DNA of 64,000 bases, taken from assembly GCA_964016885.1 (NCBI GenBank), contig OZ024746.1:2480001-2544000 (forward strand), given 5' to 3'. The stretch's first letter is position 1, and each line of letters starts with the position of its first letter. This DNA comes from Eledone cirrhosa (taxonomy: Eukaryota). Positions 1 to 12,545 of this stretch are shown piece after piece. Position numbers and translations under genes: made by a program. A model generated the notes under the pieces. The model saw nothing but the letters and a program-made list of their open reading frames with translations, did no database searches and had not been told where the DNA came from.

Positions 1-1524
1 CTTAGAAAACTAGGTGTTGACGAATGGCTTGTGAGAGCTATACAAGCCATGTATGAAGAAACAGTCAGCAAGGTTAGAATTAACAACGAATATAGCGAAG
101 AGTTTAGCGTAAAAGTTGGTGTCCATCAGGGCTCTGTTCTTAGCCCCCTACTATTTATTATTGCCCTTCAGGCTATAACAGAGGAGTTCAAGACCGGCTG
201 CCCATGGGAACTCCTATACACAGATGATCTAACGCTCATAGCTGAATCAATGGCCGAGCTAGAGAAGAAATTCCAAACATGGAAGCACGGCCTAGAATCA
301 AAAGGCCTTAAAATTAACCTGGCTAAGACTAAAGTTCTAGTTTGTAGGAAAGAAAATAAGGCGCCGGTCCCTTCCGGGAAATGGCCATGCTCAGTGTGTA
401 GGAAAGGCGTAGGTAGAAACTCCATCTTATGTCCCAAATGCAAAGTATGGGTACATAAAAGATGTAGTGGGATCACAGGTAAGCTAACTAAGAACATAGA
501 TTTTACATGTGGCAAGTGCCCACAAAATACTAGCTCTTTCAATTGCGCAGAGGGTTCTATAGAAATAGTGGACAGCTTCCGTTACCTGGGTGACAAAATC
601 AGCAGTGGGGGAGGGTGCTCTGAAAGTACAGTAGCTAGAGTCAGAACTGGTTGGAAAAAGTTCAGAGAGCTTATACCACTATTAGCCGCTAAAGGGTTCT
701 CCCTAAAAATGAAAGGCTGGTTGTATGATGCCTGCATACGAACAGCAATGTTGCATGGCAGGGAAACCTGGGCATTGTGTGCAGAGGATATACGCAGAGG
801 AACGAAGCTTGCATGCTCCGCTGGATGTGTAATAGTAATATACGTGAATGGCAAAGCATAAACGAACTAAGGAAAAAATTAGAAATAAGAGGGATCAGAT
901 GTTGTTTACTCAAGAGAAGACTACGTTGGTGTGGTCACATGATGCGCATGAAAGACGACAGCTGTATAACAAAGTGCAGGGCAATAAAGATAGACAGAAG
1001 CCACGGAGTAGGCAGACCCAGAAAAACCTGGGACGAGCTGATAAATTCCGACCTCACATACTTACACCTCTCCAAGACAATGTCACTGGACCGAGACCTT
1101 TGGCGGTACTCAGTAACAGAGAAGACCCGCCTTACCTAAATACAAAGTAAAACCTACTACAGTCAGTAGGCATCTCTAACAAAATACACCCCCGTCCCAC
1201 CACCCCCACCCCATCCACACCGCCCCTTTCAATGTAAAGTTATGTTGGTGCCACAACATCCAGGCCGAAACAAATGAGATCGTGTAGGTGTCACGACAAA
1301 AAAACACACAGTCCACGCTGTAATGTGGCCGTGTAGGCAACACGGTAAAAACCTCCCAGCCCCACACTGTAAATGTGGTTGGTGTTAGGAAGGGCATCCA
1401 ACTGTAGAAAACCTGCCAGACAGTCCTATGCGAGCAAAGACAACCACTCTTGCCTCAAGTGGGAAAACTCCCGTTCAAACCCATGCAAGCGTGGAACATG
1501 GACGTTAAACGATGATGATGATGA
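1..1524 (+). mobile_element. RTE-clade LINE, 3' part (RT with internal PHD finger, 3' UTR, (GAT)n tail); frameshifted, cut by the window edge
   Basis: ORFs 31..861 and 777..1139 give RT motifs GVHQGSVLSPLLF, LLYTDDL (YADD in sister copies), FRYLG, RRLRWCGH and GRPRKTW. The element ends in ...GGACGTTAAAC(GAT)n and is near-identical to 50226-51702. Confidence 0.95.
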
Positions 1525-1931
<407 letters not shown>

Positions 1932-2739
1932 GAAATATTTTGACAAGTAATTCATGAAAATATCACACAGCCTCCTCCTCCTCCTCTGTGTGATGTAAAA
2001 GAAATATATATGGAAGGAGGCAGCAGCAGGCTCCAATATGAACCCTGATCTGTGAATTGTGAAGGGAAATAAAATTTGGCATTATTGTTGAATTATTATA
2101 GAAATGTGAAATTCCTAATGTACTGGATGGTGTAAAGAAGATGATTTTATGTGGAATAACATGGATGAAAGATAATCTGTCTGAAAGTACAAACAGTAAA
2201 GAACTCTATCATGATATTATTCATCCTGATGATGTATTATTCATTAGTGAAGATGCAGGATTTTAACGAACAGTATTTGAAATATTTGTTTAAGATGTAT
2301 CTTATAACTGTAATTTGAAGTTGTATTAAATGTCTACTTCAATTTTTTGTATGCATAAATAAAATCTTCATATTTCATTTTTCTTTATATTGTCAGTATT
2401 TATTTTGATAATTATCTTTCATTTTGTAGCCTTAAGCTGCATTGAATTTATTAGAAATAAAAATGCAATAAAGAAAAAGCTATGGCATTCTCCAATACAG
2501 CCATGATGAAGAAGAAAATATTTGGGGAGGAAAACATTGTCTTTGTGTAGAGAGTAGGTGGTGCTGAGTTTCTAGCATTATTATAATTTGGGTATAGCTA
2601 TAAATTGTACTGAAGAAAGTAGAAATAAAACTGTTGCATTGATTATACTGTTTTGTATAAGTTATTTGTCCTGGCAAGATGGTGGTGGAATAATATCTGT
2701 GAGCAAGGTATAGTGTAGCCAACTGGACACCTGTCTCAT

Positions 2740-3065
2740 AACAGGACCACCCAGTTCCACACTGTAAACATGGTTGATGTTAGGAAGGGCATCCAGCAGC
2801 CATAAAAATTTAACCAAAATACGGTCCCATTATGACCATTGTACAGTGTGGTTAACTGGTTAGACTTGTCTCATAATGGTGTCTTTCAGTTCCACACTGT
2901 AACCATGGTTGGTGTTAAGAAAGGAATCCAGCTCTAAAAAATCCATCTAAAATACAGTTCCATTTGAACAAAGTACGGCACAGCCAGATTTGTATCATAA
3001 TGTGGACAACCCGTCTAACCCATGCAAGGATAGAAAAAATGTTAAATGATAATGATGAGGATAAT
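2740..3065 (+). mobile_element. Degenerate RTE 3'-UTR/tail fragment with an internal duplication
   Basis: Two copies of CAGTTCCACACTGTAA.CATGGTTG.TGTTA.GAA.GG.ATCCAGC and a terminal CCGTCTAACCCATGCAAG...GAT-rich tail match the 3' UTR of the young RTE copies. Confidence 0.75.
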
Positions 3066-3269
3066 ATGGCCCTAATGACAAAAACTCTACCAATGCTTAC
3101 TTCCTTTCCAATTTAACCACTCCACTCACTGCTAAACCCTGTAAATTCATAAATCCTAACATTTAATGTTTCTTAGTATTTTACTTTCACTTTTTAATTG
3201 TTACATTTGAAATTCAGTATTTGGTGGACAAGAAAAATACACAAAACTGGCTATGAAGCATTGGACAAA

Positions 3270-4215
3270 AAGCAGAGAAGGAAGGATTTCTAGTTGCAGC
3301 ACAAGACCAATGCCTCCTGCCAGAAATACATAATGAAGCAGAACATAAGGAACTGCAGAATATGTGGAGGTGGGGAAGATCCAACCACATTATCTCTGGC
3401 TATCCAGTCTTAACCAAAAAGGAATATATACATGATAGAGTAGGGACTTATGTACACTGGAAGTTATGCCAACATTATGAAATACCACCAGACACACATC
3501 AGAAAAGGTATTAGAGAATGACAAAGCAATCATTCTCTGGAATATGCCAATACATACAGATGGGGAGATCTAAGCCAACCAACCAGATATTATAGTCAAA
3601 GACTACAAAGGAAAAAAATGTCTTCTAATTGATGTATCAATCTCCACAGATGACAATATATCTACCAAGGAAATGGAGAAACTATCCAAATATAAAGATC
3701 TAGAGATAGAAATGATAAAAACAATACCTATAATAATGGATGTGCAATGTACGTGAACGGCCAAGCATCGATGAGTTGAGAGAGAAACTGTGTATAAGAG
3801 GGATAAGTTGTAGTGTGCGGGAGAGAAACTGCGATGGTATGGACATGTGATGTGCATGGAGGATGACCACTGGGTAAAGAAATGCCAAGAAATGCCAGTA
3901 GAAGGAAGACACAGTAGAAGAAGACCACAAAAAACATGGGTGGAGGTGGTGAGAGCAGACCTCAGATCGCTGAAGTTCACAGAGGAGATGACAAGTGGAG
4001 AGATGCTGTGCTGAATAGGACCTGTCCACCCTTGCAAGCAGGGAAAAGCGGACGTAAAATGATGATGAATGAATGATGAATGAATAGGTGCTCTGGGAAT
4101 GATAAAAAAACACACAGACAAATACATAACCCAAACTCCAGGATTTAAAAATATATACAGCATACAAAAGCTAGCATTACTAAGCACTGCACATATATTA
4201 TGAAAAGTACTATCA
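3270..4215 (+). mobile_element. Decayed R4/Dong-like non-LTR retrotransposon C-terminus (CCHC knuckle plus restriction-like endonuclease), interrupted by an RTE fragment
   Basis: Manual translation across stops and frameshifts: EGFLVAAQDQCL, CRICG, NHIISG, HDRVGTYVHWKLCQHY, EKVLENDKAIILWNMPIHTD, ANQPDIIVKD, CLLIDVSI, EKLSKYKDLEIE, IGALGMIK, IQKLALLSTAHIL. Confidence 0.85.
3739..4084 (+). mobile_element. 5'-truncated RTE 3' fragment nested in the R4-like element
   Basis: Encodes RKLRWYGHVM and RRRPQKTW and ends GGACGTAAAA(TGA/TGAA)n. It splits the host motif PII|IGALG. Confidence 0.8.
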
Positions 4216-4442
4216 ATACAATAGAAATAACACCAGCAAAAACTACACTGCACATACCCAAGGTACACAGGGCTGTGCTCGGTAAAGCAGTAATGATGCG
4301 CAATAGAAATAATAATGGAAATAATAATAACAACAACATTTCTAAATATACTGAAGCACAATCAATTATTCAAACTATTTTCATTATTATGATAAAACAA
4401 TTAACAATTAAAACCAATCCAAATATAAAGGTAGCCACTCAC

Positions 4443-4562
4443 CTGTACACTGTTTCCCCTTTATAAGCTGGTATCCTGATTTACAGGTACATTTGTAGCT
4501 ACCAGGTGTATTGTGACAAATATGTTGACAGCCACCATTTCTTCTTAAACATTCATTTATAT
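4443..4562 (-). CDS. Internal exon encoding one calcium-binding EGF-like domain ([40 protein letters not shown])
   Basis: 120 nt, phase 1-1, acceptor tatttcag| and donor |gtgagt. It has the six-Cys EGF spacing with the D-I-N-E-C calcium-binding start and C-x-N-x4-Y-x-C. Confidence 0.93.
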
Positions 4563-5534
4563 CTGAAATATTAACATGGTAGAGGATATTCATGAAAACA
4601 CACTCACACACATTATATATATATATATATATATAATGTGTGTGTGTGTGTGTTATATTATATATATATAAATAGGATTTTGCTTCAAGCATAGCATTAT
4701 ACAAATATGTATAGAAATTGTGTATGCCCTCTGGTGGTGTCCAACAGAAGCAAGGGGGGACAACCGTCTATGCATTTCAGGCTTGACTGGCCTTTGTCAG
4801 GACTCCCCTCCCACCGCTTGCGACTGTTGGACTTGAAAACAGTTGAGAATATATAGTTTTCTCGTCTGTGTAAATGAGGTAATTAAAAAATAAAAAATAA
4901 ATATATATATATATTATATCTACATAGCAAAATTGTAGAATTATAAAATTAAATTGTTATAGAATACCAACTACAAGTGAAGTCATTCTTTTCCTTTTTT
5001 CATCATCATACACCTATTTTTCATGCAGACACAGACAGGATGGATCAGTTCTTATTTGGAATTACTGCTCTCCTAAATGGGCCGGATGACCACATTATGC
5101 TTGTACATTCCAATTTTGACACGATTTCTATGATTCGAAGCTCTTCCTAAAGTCAGTAGCTTTATAGTGTGTACTGGGTATATTTAATCATGGCATCAAC
5201 ACTATAAAGGTTGTTATGTCCTCAATAAGACCAAAAAGTTGTCTCTATGCTATGCCATCTGCTTTTGATCATCACCTACTTTACAGAGTGCAATGAGTAC
5301 ATTTTATTGTGGCACCAACTCCAGAGAGGTTGTCTTGTCTACCACAAAGCTGAAGAGATCTTTTCACTCCTTGCAGTCTCCATTTTGTTTTTGAAGGCAA
5401 ATATGGCTGAGAAGGTGATTTGAAAGAGAATAATGGCTGAGGCTGGAGTTTAATTTGAGTGTGAAAGAGTAACAGAGTGATTAGTAGTAGAGAGAGAGTA
5501 ACTGGTGTCAGCTCTGGGTGAATGTTAGGTATAG

Positions 5535-5700
5535 GCCTAATTCTTAGCTAAGTATCCCTGCTGCAGCTGCCTCACTAAGATCATCACATTGGTAATGCCT
5601 CTTCCTAGCACAAAGCTAGTTTTACCCCTATCACTCTTTCTGTGATTGCCATAAACAATTTCATGTCCCAATAGTTGTCTCTTTTTCCCCTTGTAATAGT
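5535..5700 (-). mobile_element. Old RTE reverse-transcriptase fragment
   Basis: Minus-strand translation FVLGRGITNVMILVRQLQQGYLAKN resembles GFVSGKSTTDALF..RQLQEKYLAK in the RTE copy at ~52640. Confidence 0.65.
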
Positions 5701-5702
5701 TG

Positions 5703-5880
5703 ATAATAATTGTTTCTACTTTTGGCACAAGGCCAGCAATTATCCCAGTGCATTACTGGTACTTTATTTTATCGACCCTGTAAAGATGAAAGGCAAAGTT
5801 AACCTCGGCGGGATTTGAACTCAGATCATGAAGGACCATAACTATGCTGCAAAGCATGGTGTCTCTACCGATACCACCAA
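5703..5880 (-). mobile_element. tRNA-derived SINE, family A
   Basis: The reverse complement has a B-box (GAGTTCAAATCC), then ACTTTGCCTTTCATC.TTAC.GGGTCGATAAAATAAAGTACCAGT and an (ATT)n tail. There are many copies in the window. Confidence 0.85.
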
Positions 5881-6933
5881 TAATAATTCTGCCACACTAG
5901 TCATTGAGTATGACACCTTCCTGTACTACCTGATTAATTATATGAGTGACTCACCTGTATCCAACTTTGACAGATAGTTCCACTGTCATTCCATACACAC
6001 TTCTTCCTCATGGCATCTTGCAATATGGAGCACATCTCTGATCCTTATGCTACAGAACATTGACAAACCCCCTATATTCTATTCCTCCTCTTGCTAAATA
6101 AACTTGAGATCTAGTTTATAATAAACTTGAGATCTTATACTGTGTTTCACAGTATACAGTTTAACCTGGCAGATAGCTTCTGGGAGTCTTTCATGTTTCT
6201 CACATCTCCAATTACTCAAAACCCATGATTAACCATTTCAACTCAATGTTTAACAATAACAATTAATTTTACAAATTCTTCAAAATTCAATAAAAAAAAT
6301 TTGATTTAATTAATTTAACAGGGTACATGAATTTAATCTAATGAAAGCAGGTTTTCAAAGCTGTATAGGGATATATGAGTACATCAATAAACTAGATCTG
6401 TTGATATCTGCTTTTCAAAGACTCATTAAATTCACAATAGACTTATCTAGAACATTCAGTAATTGCCTCACTGTTCAGCATATTCTCATTGTGATTGTGT
6501 AAAATGAGCCACACCATATCTTTATAACTGCACCCCTGGCTATTCTATAATATCTCTTAGGTGACATTTTCACTTTCATCTTTGATAATCTAAATAAATC
6601 TTAGGTTGCAGTTGACTTTAGTAATCACTGATTTAAATGAACAAGGCTAGAAGAGTACAAAGACATAGTTTCACTAATGGGAAGAGTCAGTGGAAATGAG
6701 AAGAAAATGAAACGATGGATTACTATTTATCATTGGTAACTTTATAACTAGATCTACACAAACAATTGTTGTCTTTACAGATATATTAACAGTCACAATT
6801 TAACTGGGATACTTTTATATAGGTATACATACATGTGATTACAAACATTGGGGACAAAAATAAAAATAAGCCAGAGGTTTCAATGGATCTAAACATTCTA
6901 GCTCTTGTATAACCAAATACATTTACACATACT

Positions 6934-7016
6934 TATGTGACATATATGTGACATATATGTGACATATATGTGACATATATGTGACATATATGCGACATAT
7001 ATGTGACATATATGTG
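6934..7016. repeat. 11-bp tandem repeat (GTGACATATAT)n, about 7 copies
   Basis: Direct inspection. Confidence 0.9.
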
Positions 7017-7479
7017 CAGTGAAATACTTATATTAAAAAAGAAAAACTACATTTATATGCATCACATATCCATACCACTGCACACACATTATGGAAAATA
7101 GATCTTAAATGATGATATATATATATTGAAAATTCAGTAATTCTTCTAGGTTGTTTCCATTGATCTTTTTAAAGACCAGAATTAGTTGCTTAGTTTACAT
7201 ATTGAGATCTCAACCCATCCTATTTATTTTATAACAAATGGGATTTCTAGTAATGTACTTTTTTTCTGATGTATAATGTATTTTAATGTATAAAGAAAAT
7301 CAACTGTTGCAGGAATGCTACCACTTAAAATAAAATTTTGCTGGAGATAGATTAGCAAAATTTAGTAAGTGGGAGGTTGGTAATTCATAACCACATATCT
7401 TATTTTGCAGTTTATTTAACTGAGTACTAACAACACACCTATTTGTTGATAGCAAAAATCAATGCCTACAGCTAGCTAA

Positions 7480-8890
7480 AAAAATGGTATGCCCCATAGA
7501 AATTGACAGCAATATGATAAACAAAGCCATTAAGAATATGGGTTGTCTGGTATAGTTGGTGTTATGAGTTAGCGAGGTGCATAATAAATCAAGTAGTAGA
7601 GGAAGGTATCATACCTAATGTTTGGCACAGTAGTATCATTGTAAACTGATACAAGGGCAAAGGAGATGCACTAGAGAGAGGTAACTTCAGAGGCATCAAG
7701 TTGATAGACCAGCTCATAAAAGTTACTGAAAAGTTTATAGCACAACTAATTAGGAAGAAATCAAGTTAGACAAGAGGAAGTTTGGCCTTATGCCAGCTAG
7801 GTAAAGATTAAATTATTGATACTTAGGATAGAACTTTATACCAGCAGAGAAACGGCCTCGGTCGACAGAAATTCCGTAAGATGCACACAGTGTAGTCTAT
7901 CATCATCACCATCATTTCGTTTTACGTCCACTTTTCCCTGCTTGCAAGGGTGGGACGGGAACTGATTCTGGCTTGATTTCTACAGCTGGATGCCCTTCCT
8001 AACACCAACCTCATTTACAGTGAGTGCTGGGTGCTTTTTTTCCGTGGGACCTCCAAGACCACTTTACAGTGGAATGATAGGGACCCCAGTCCCTATCATC
8101 TCATTTCTACAGCTGAATAAACTGGAGCAATGTGAAATAAAGTGTCTTGCTCAAGGAAACAACACATCACCTGGTCTGAGAATTGAACTCACAACCTTTC
8201 GATTGCAAGCCCAATGCTCTAACCACTAAGCCATGTGGATATACAAAAGATGTAGTGGAACTACAAGCAGGTTAATGGAGAAAATAGACTTTGTATATTA
8301 CAGATGCACAGGAGAAGTAAGCACCAAGAACATAAGATTGGCTCATTTGTTCAGGAGGCTCCCTACAAGTCGTTGAGAAATTTTGTTACCTAGGTGACCT
8401 AATTAGCGGTAGAGGAGGGTGCTCACAAAGTATGGTAGCTAGAGTAAGAATTGACTAGAAGAGGTTTAGGGAGCTGACAACATTGTGCTTCTCCCTCAGA
8501 GTAAAAGGTAGACTGTATGATACCTACATGTGAACCATAATGCTTCATGGCAGTGAGACATGGGTCTCGACTGCAAAGCTAGAAAGAAGTGAAGCAAGCA
8601 TGCTCCGTGGGAAGTATATGTTATTGTGCACGAATGGCACAGCATAAGTGAGCTGAGAGAAAATATCTAATTAAGAGGGATCTGATGAAGTGTGCAAGAA
8701 GTCTGCAATGGTATGGACATGTGATGCATATGGAGCATGGCAGCTGCAAAAAAATGCAGTAGATGGAAATTATAGAAGAGGAAGACCAGAAAGACATGGG
8801 ATGAAATTGTGAAGACTGACCTTAGGAAGCTGAATCTCATGACAGAAATAATAACTGCAAGGCTTGGCAACATGCTGTACTGGACTGTCA
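7480..8890 (+). mobile_element. Old, fragmented RTE LINE with nested minus-strand insertions (~7900-8237)
   Basis: Remnants YKGKGDALERGNFRGIKLIDQ, VEKFCYLGDLISGRGGC, LRVKGRLYD, MLHGSETW, WYGHVMHM and RGRPERH, with many stops. Confidence 0.8.
8095..8237 (-). mobile_element. tRNA-derived SINE, family B (CORE-like centre); related copies at ~9040-9203(-), ~15440-15580(-), ~56305-56570(+)
   Basis: The reverse complement shows an A-box TGGCTTAGTGG, a B-box GAGTTCAATTC and CCTTGAGCAAGACACTTTATTTCACATTGCTCCAGT shared among copies. Confidence 0.75.
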
Positions 8891-10199
8891 TGTATTGAAC
8901 TCATATTCAGTGTTATCTAACAAGTGCAGTATTATCATATCCAATCATATCACAGTCATGTTTCAGGGGTACACAATTTTATCCAACAGATCTGGGCAAG
9001 GTTTGTTTGTGGAAGACCAGCAGTCACCCACTGATGTTGTCCAAAGGAAAGGCAATGGCCATTACAGCTTGGCACCAGTGACATCGTAACTCATTTCTAC
9101 AGCTAAATGAATTGGAACAACATGAAATAAAGTGGCTTGCTGAAGGACACAACACATCACCCGGTCTGAGAATCAAACTCACAACCTCTCAATTTCAAGC
9201 CTCATCTGCCAGTGTTCACCTCCACCAACAGTTGCTCCTTTGAAACTATTCTCTCCATCATTGGACACTGCCGCTCAACCCAGGATCATCCCTACCCCTT
9301 TACCACCCTGTCTCAGCCCAGGATCATCCCTACCCCCTCACCACCCCGTCAAACTCCTCCCCACCTATCCCACCCTCCTCTCCCCCACATCACCACTTCA
9401 TTTGAATCCCACATACTTGTACACCCATGATATCAAATTTGCCACTCCCTTTCTCCTTCTCAGGGAGATTCAGAATAACAAGGCTGGCTCCTTGATTTAC
9501 AAGTACAACTCATTTTTGCCAGGACTGGGGCAACATGATATATAGGGAATTGAACTCATGACCTTACACTTGTGAGCTGAACACCCTAACCCTTAAGTTA
9601 TGCACCTTTGCATACACACACACAATTTGGAAGTTTACGAATGTTGGATAACTGTTGAGAATATTGCAACATAATCTGATAAATGAAAAGCTACAACAGA
9701 AGAGACAACAAAAATTGCGTCTTGATAAAATGCAAACACAAATGAAATTAATGAAACTGAGAGCAAGAATGAACAAACAGAAATACAAAGACATTGATGA
9801 GGAAATAAAATAGACATTTATAAAAATGAAGGGAAATTACTAGATCAGGTTTGAAAATTATAGAGGCAAGAATGCGAGAATGAAAAATTCATATAATTGT
9901 TAAAATAGAGAAAAGTTAAAATGCATTTATAGATATTTTGAGACTTTTTCTTTTCAGTCACTTTTAATTGACCTATGTAACTGTCACTCTAATACATTCT
10001 TGATATGGTTATAATAAGCTACCATGCCAAATCTTGTTTCCCAGGCTGAAGGTTTGGGCTGCTTCAGCACTTTAAACACCACCCATCATACATGTCCTGT
10101 CACAGCTGACTGATTCCACAATGCAGCCGACCAGGATATGAGGACAACTAAGATAAGCAATTTAAAAAAAATACACTTTGAAAAGCTACACTTAAAGAA

Positions 10200-11520
10200 A
10201 AACAGCAATATAAAGAGTTTCACTGAAGTTATTTAACAATCACAACACCAAGGAACTTGTTATCAAAGACAAAATCAAAACAGACTAAAATTGGATGGAA
10301 TCTTTGACAATTGGAGAACTATAGAATTTCAAAGACAGCCATCACTTTCTAGATATAGGAATAAATCAATAAGCAGGAATCCTAACTTCAGAAGAAACAT
10401 GTTTCAAAGTCTGCCAAACAAAAGACATTCAGATAAAACCGAAACAATTTTATAAGGAATAACTACAAAGAACATTGGTTTTGTTTTGAGACCAAACTCA
10501 GAAATACAGTGGCATGGTATGGATCATGGTCTTGAAAAACCAAAAATAACCAAAAATAACCAATCAGTTACAGAAACTATTAATATCTATAGAAATAGAT
10601 AAAGGACTGACATTTACATTAACTCCTAAAAAATCATACATATCAAAAATGTTTAGCCTATAAAGAATTAGATTATCTTACTAACTGTTAAATATTTATG
10701 GATTGCTGAACATACACAAACATAACTTGATTAATTAAGCATACAAAAGGGTAAGTAAGGACTAGTTGTATGAATATACCTTCACTGATTGATTTAAAAT
10801 TGAGGTCTATTTTAGCAGATCTGACACGGGGGACACTCCCTTAAAATAACCTACTAGATTTTATGAAAACTTTTCTTCAAACATATACAGAGCTTTATAA
10901 GATATGATCTTGATATACTCAACCATCTACCAAATATAGAGAACATATACTTAGCACATTGCAGAGTTTGATGTAAACTTACATAGCTTTGATTCCATAA
11001 CTATGTGTTGAATGTTGCTATCATTTACTGGCTAAACTAATTTACGTATGAACTACCAGACCATATTGATAAGAAATTTGTTAGAAACTTTATTTTAGAA
11101 AATAATTACTTCATATTCGATGACGAAGTCAGATACAGTTGTGAGAACTGAAGATATGCCAAAACATGCTAACGTAGTAATCAGATATCACAAATTAAAA
11201 ATCTTAGAACAAACCCCATTAAAGTTTGGAAATAGATTCAGTATTTCTGGATAAATACTTTATTTTAAGGAGGGAAAGTCTTGATTAGCTGAACATGTTC
11301 AAAAATCTCTTAAACAGTATAAATTCTCACAATTTACTATAGAGTACAATGAGGATGTTGCTTCTGCTTTCAAACTTATATTTAAATGCTTTCTTGAATT
11401 GGAAAGATAACGTTGTATATATAAAAACTTAGGAAACTCAACAATGAGAGGACAACACAATGAATGAAAAACAATTTTTATAAGAGGAAACCTTAAAAAA
11501 ATTATTTTTTGAAAATGAAA
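10200..11520 (+). mobile_element. Highly decayed Penelope-like element reverse-transcriptase region
   Basis: Motif remnants occur in the expected order: IDKG (~10597), YGLLNIHK (~10697), LKLRSILA (~10795), FDV (~10967), ILENNYFIFD (~11092) and FLD (~11244). These match the PLE RT pattern ADKG / YGLPKIHK / RPIV / FDV / NYF / FLD. Confidence 0.65.
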
Positions 11521-11791
11521 ATACAACTATGTGTCAATGGTGGGGAGGTGGTCTTAGGGCCAAGAACACCAGAAGTCTCAATTCATATTAAAGTAAAAGA
11601 CAGGTCTGAATTATTTATTTGTATTTATGTGTGATAACCATTTATATAGTATTTTTAGAAAATTTCTTTCAAAAATAAGAACAAAGGCATATTGTCATAT
11701 AGTAATGAAAATTATTAATTTTAAGTTAAAAAGTAAATATTTATGGTTTGCCAGGTTGGGAAATTTAGTAAATAATAAAAATTAGACTTAC

Positions 11792-11839
11792 CATGGCAAT
11801 TTATAGGACAAGGTCCACCTATACAACGTTGGTAATGAG
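11792..11839 (-). CDS. 48-nt internal exon, Cys-rich (xHYQRCIGGPCPINCH), splices in frame to the cbEGF exon
   Basis: Acceptor ttttccag| and consensus donor G|gtaagt, phase 1-1. Its last G joins AT of the 4562 exon to make the Asp of DINEC. Confidence 0.75.
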
Positions 11840-12016
11840 CTGGAAAATATATTATTATTATTATGGTTATTATAATAGTTATTGGTGCGTACAGACATTA
11901 CTTAAGGTAAATCTGAGGAGATGGAATATATTTTTACCAAATTTTACTGAATAGAAAAACTATGCTGCAACACAAGGTGTCTGGCATTCTATCGACACTG
12001 CCAATCAACTGCTCAT

Positions 12017-12220
12017 AATAATAATAATTATTGTTTCTACTATTGGCACAAGGCCAGCAATTACCCAGTATATTACTGGTACTTTATTTTATCGACCCCG
12101 TAAGGATGAAAGGCAAAGTTAACCTCGGCGGGATTTGAACTCAGAATGGCAAGGGCCGTAACTCTATGCATCAAAGCAAGGCGTCCGACCCTCTACCGAT
12201 AATGCCAATTCACTGCACTA
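12017..12220 (-). mobile_element. SINE family A (a partial copy follows at ~12240-12345)
   Basis: Same consensus as 5703-5880. Confidence 0.85.
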
Positions 12221-12345
12221 ATAATAATAATAATAGTAATAATAGTTTCTACTTTAGGCACAAGGCCATCAATTTGAGAGGAGGCGAAAGTCAATTAAAT
12301 TGACACCAGTGCATTACTGGTACTATATTTTATTGACAAAGTCAA

Positions 12346-12545
12346 AGGTTTTATATCAGAGTGACCTTCTCCTAAAGAGATGTCTCAATGAAGACTAAAA
12401 AAATTATACTTTATTGGATGGCTGTTAACTCTCCTGAGTTCCTCAGCCCTTTGATGGGTTTTGCTTTTCATCCTGCAGGGTGTCAAAATCACCGTCAGGT
12501 GTGGCTGCTGGTTTAGTCACCAATGACCCGACCATGCATAGGTAA
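12346..12545. repeat. Dispersed repeat fragment, second copy at ~16062-16270
   Basis: Both sites share TTTATATCAGAGTGACCTTCT..TA.AGAGATGTCT.AATGAAGACTA, TGGATGGCTGTT.ACTCTCCTGAGTT and GGTTTAGTCACC.ATGACC.GACCATGCA. The family was not identified. Confidence 0.7.

Noticed and set aside
1940-2480. Possible plus-strand 3' UTR with several AATAAA signals
   Set aside because: No upstream plus-strand coding exon was found, and AATAAA is common at this AT content.
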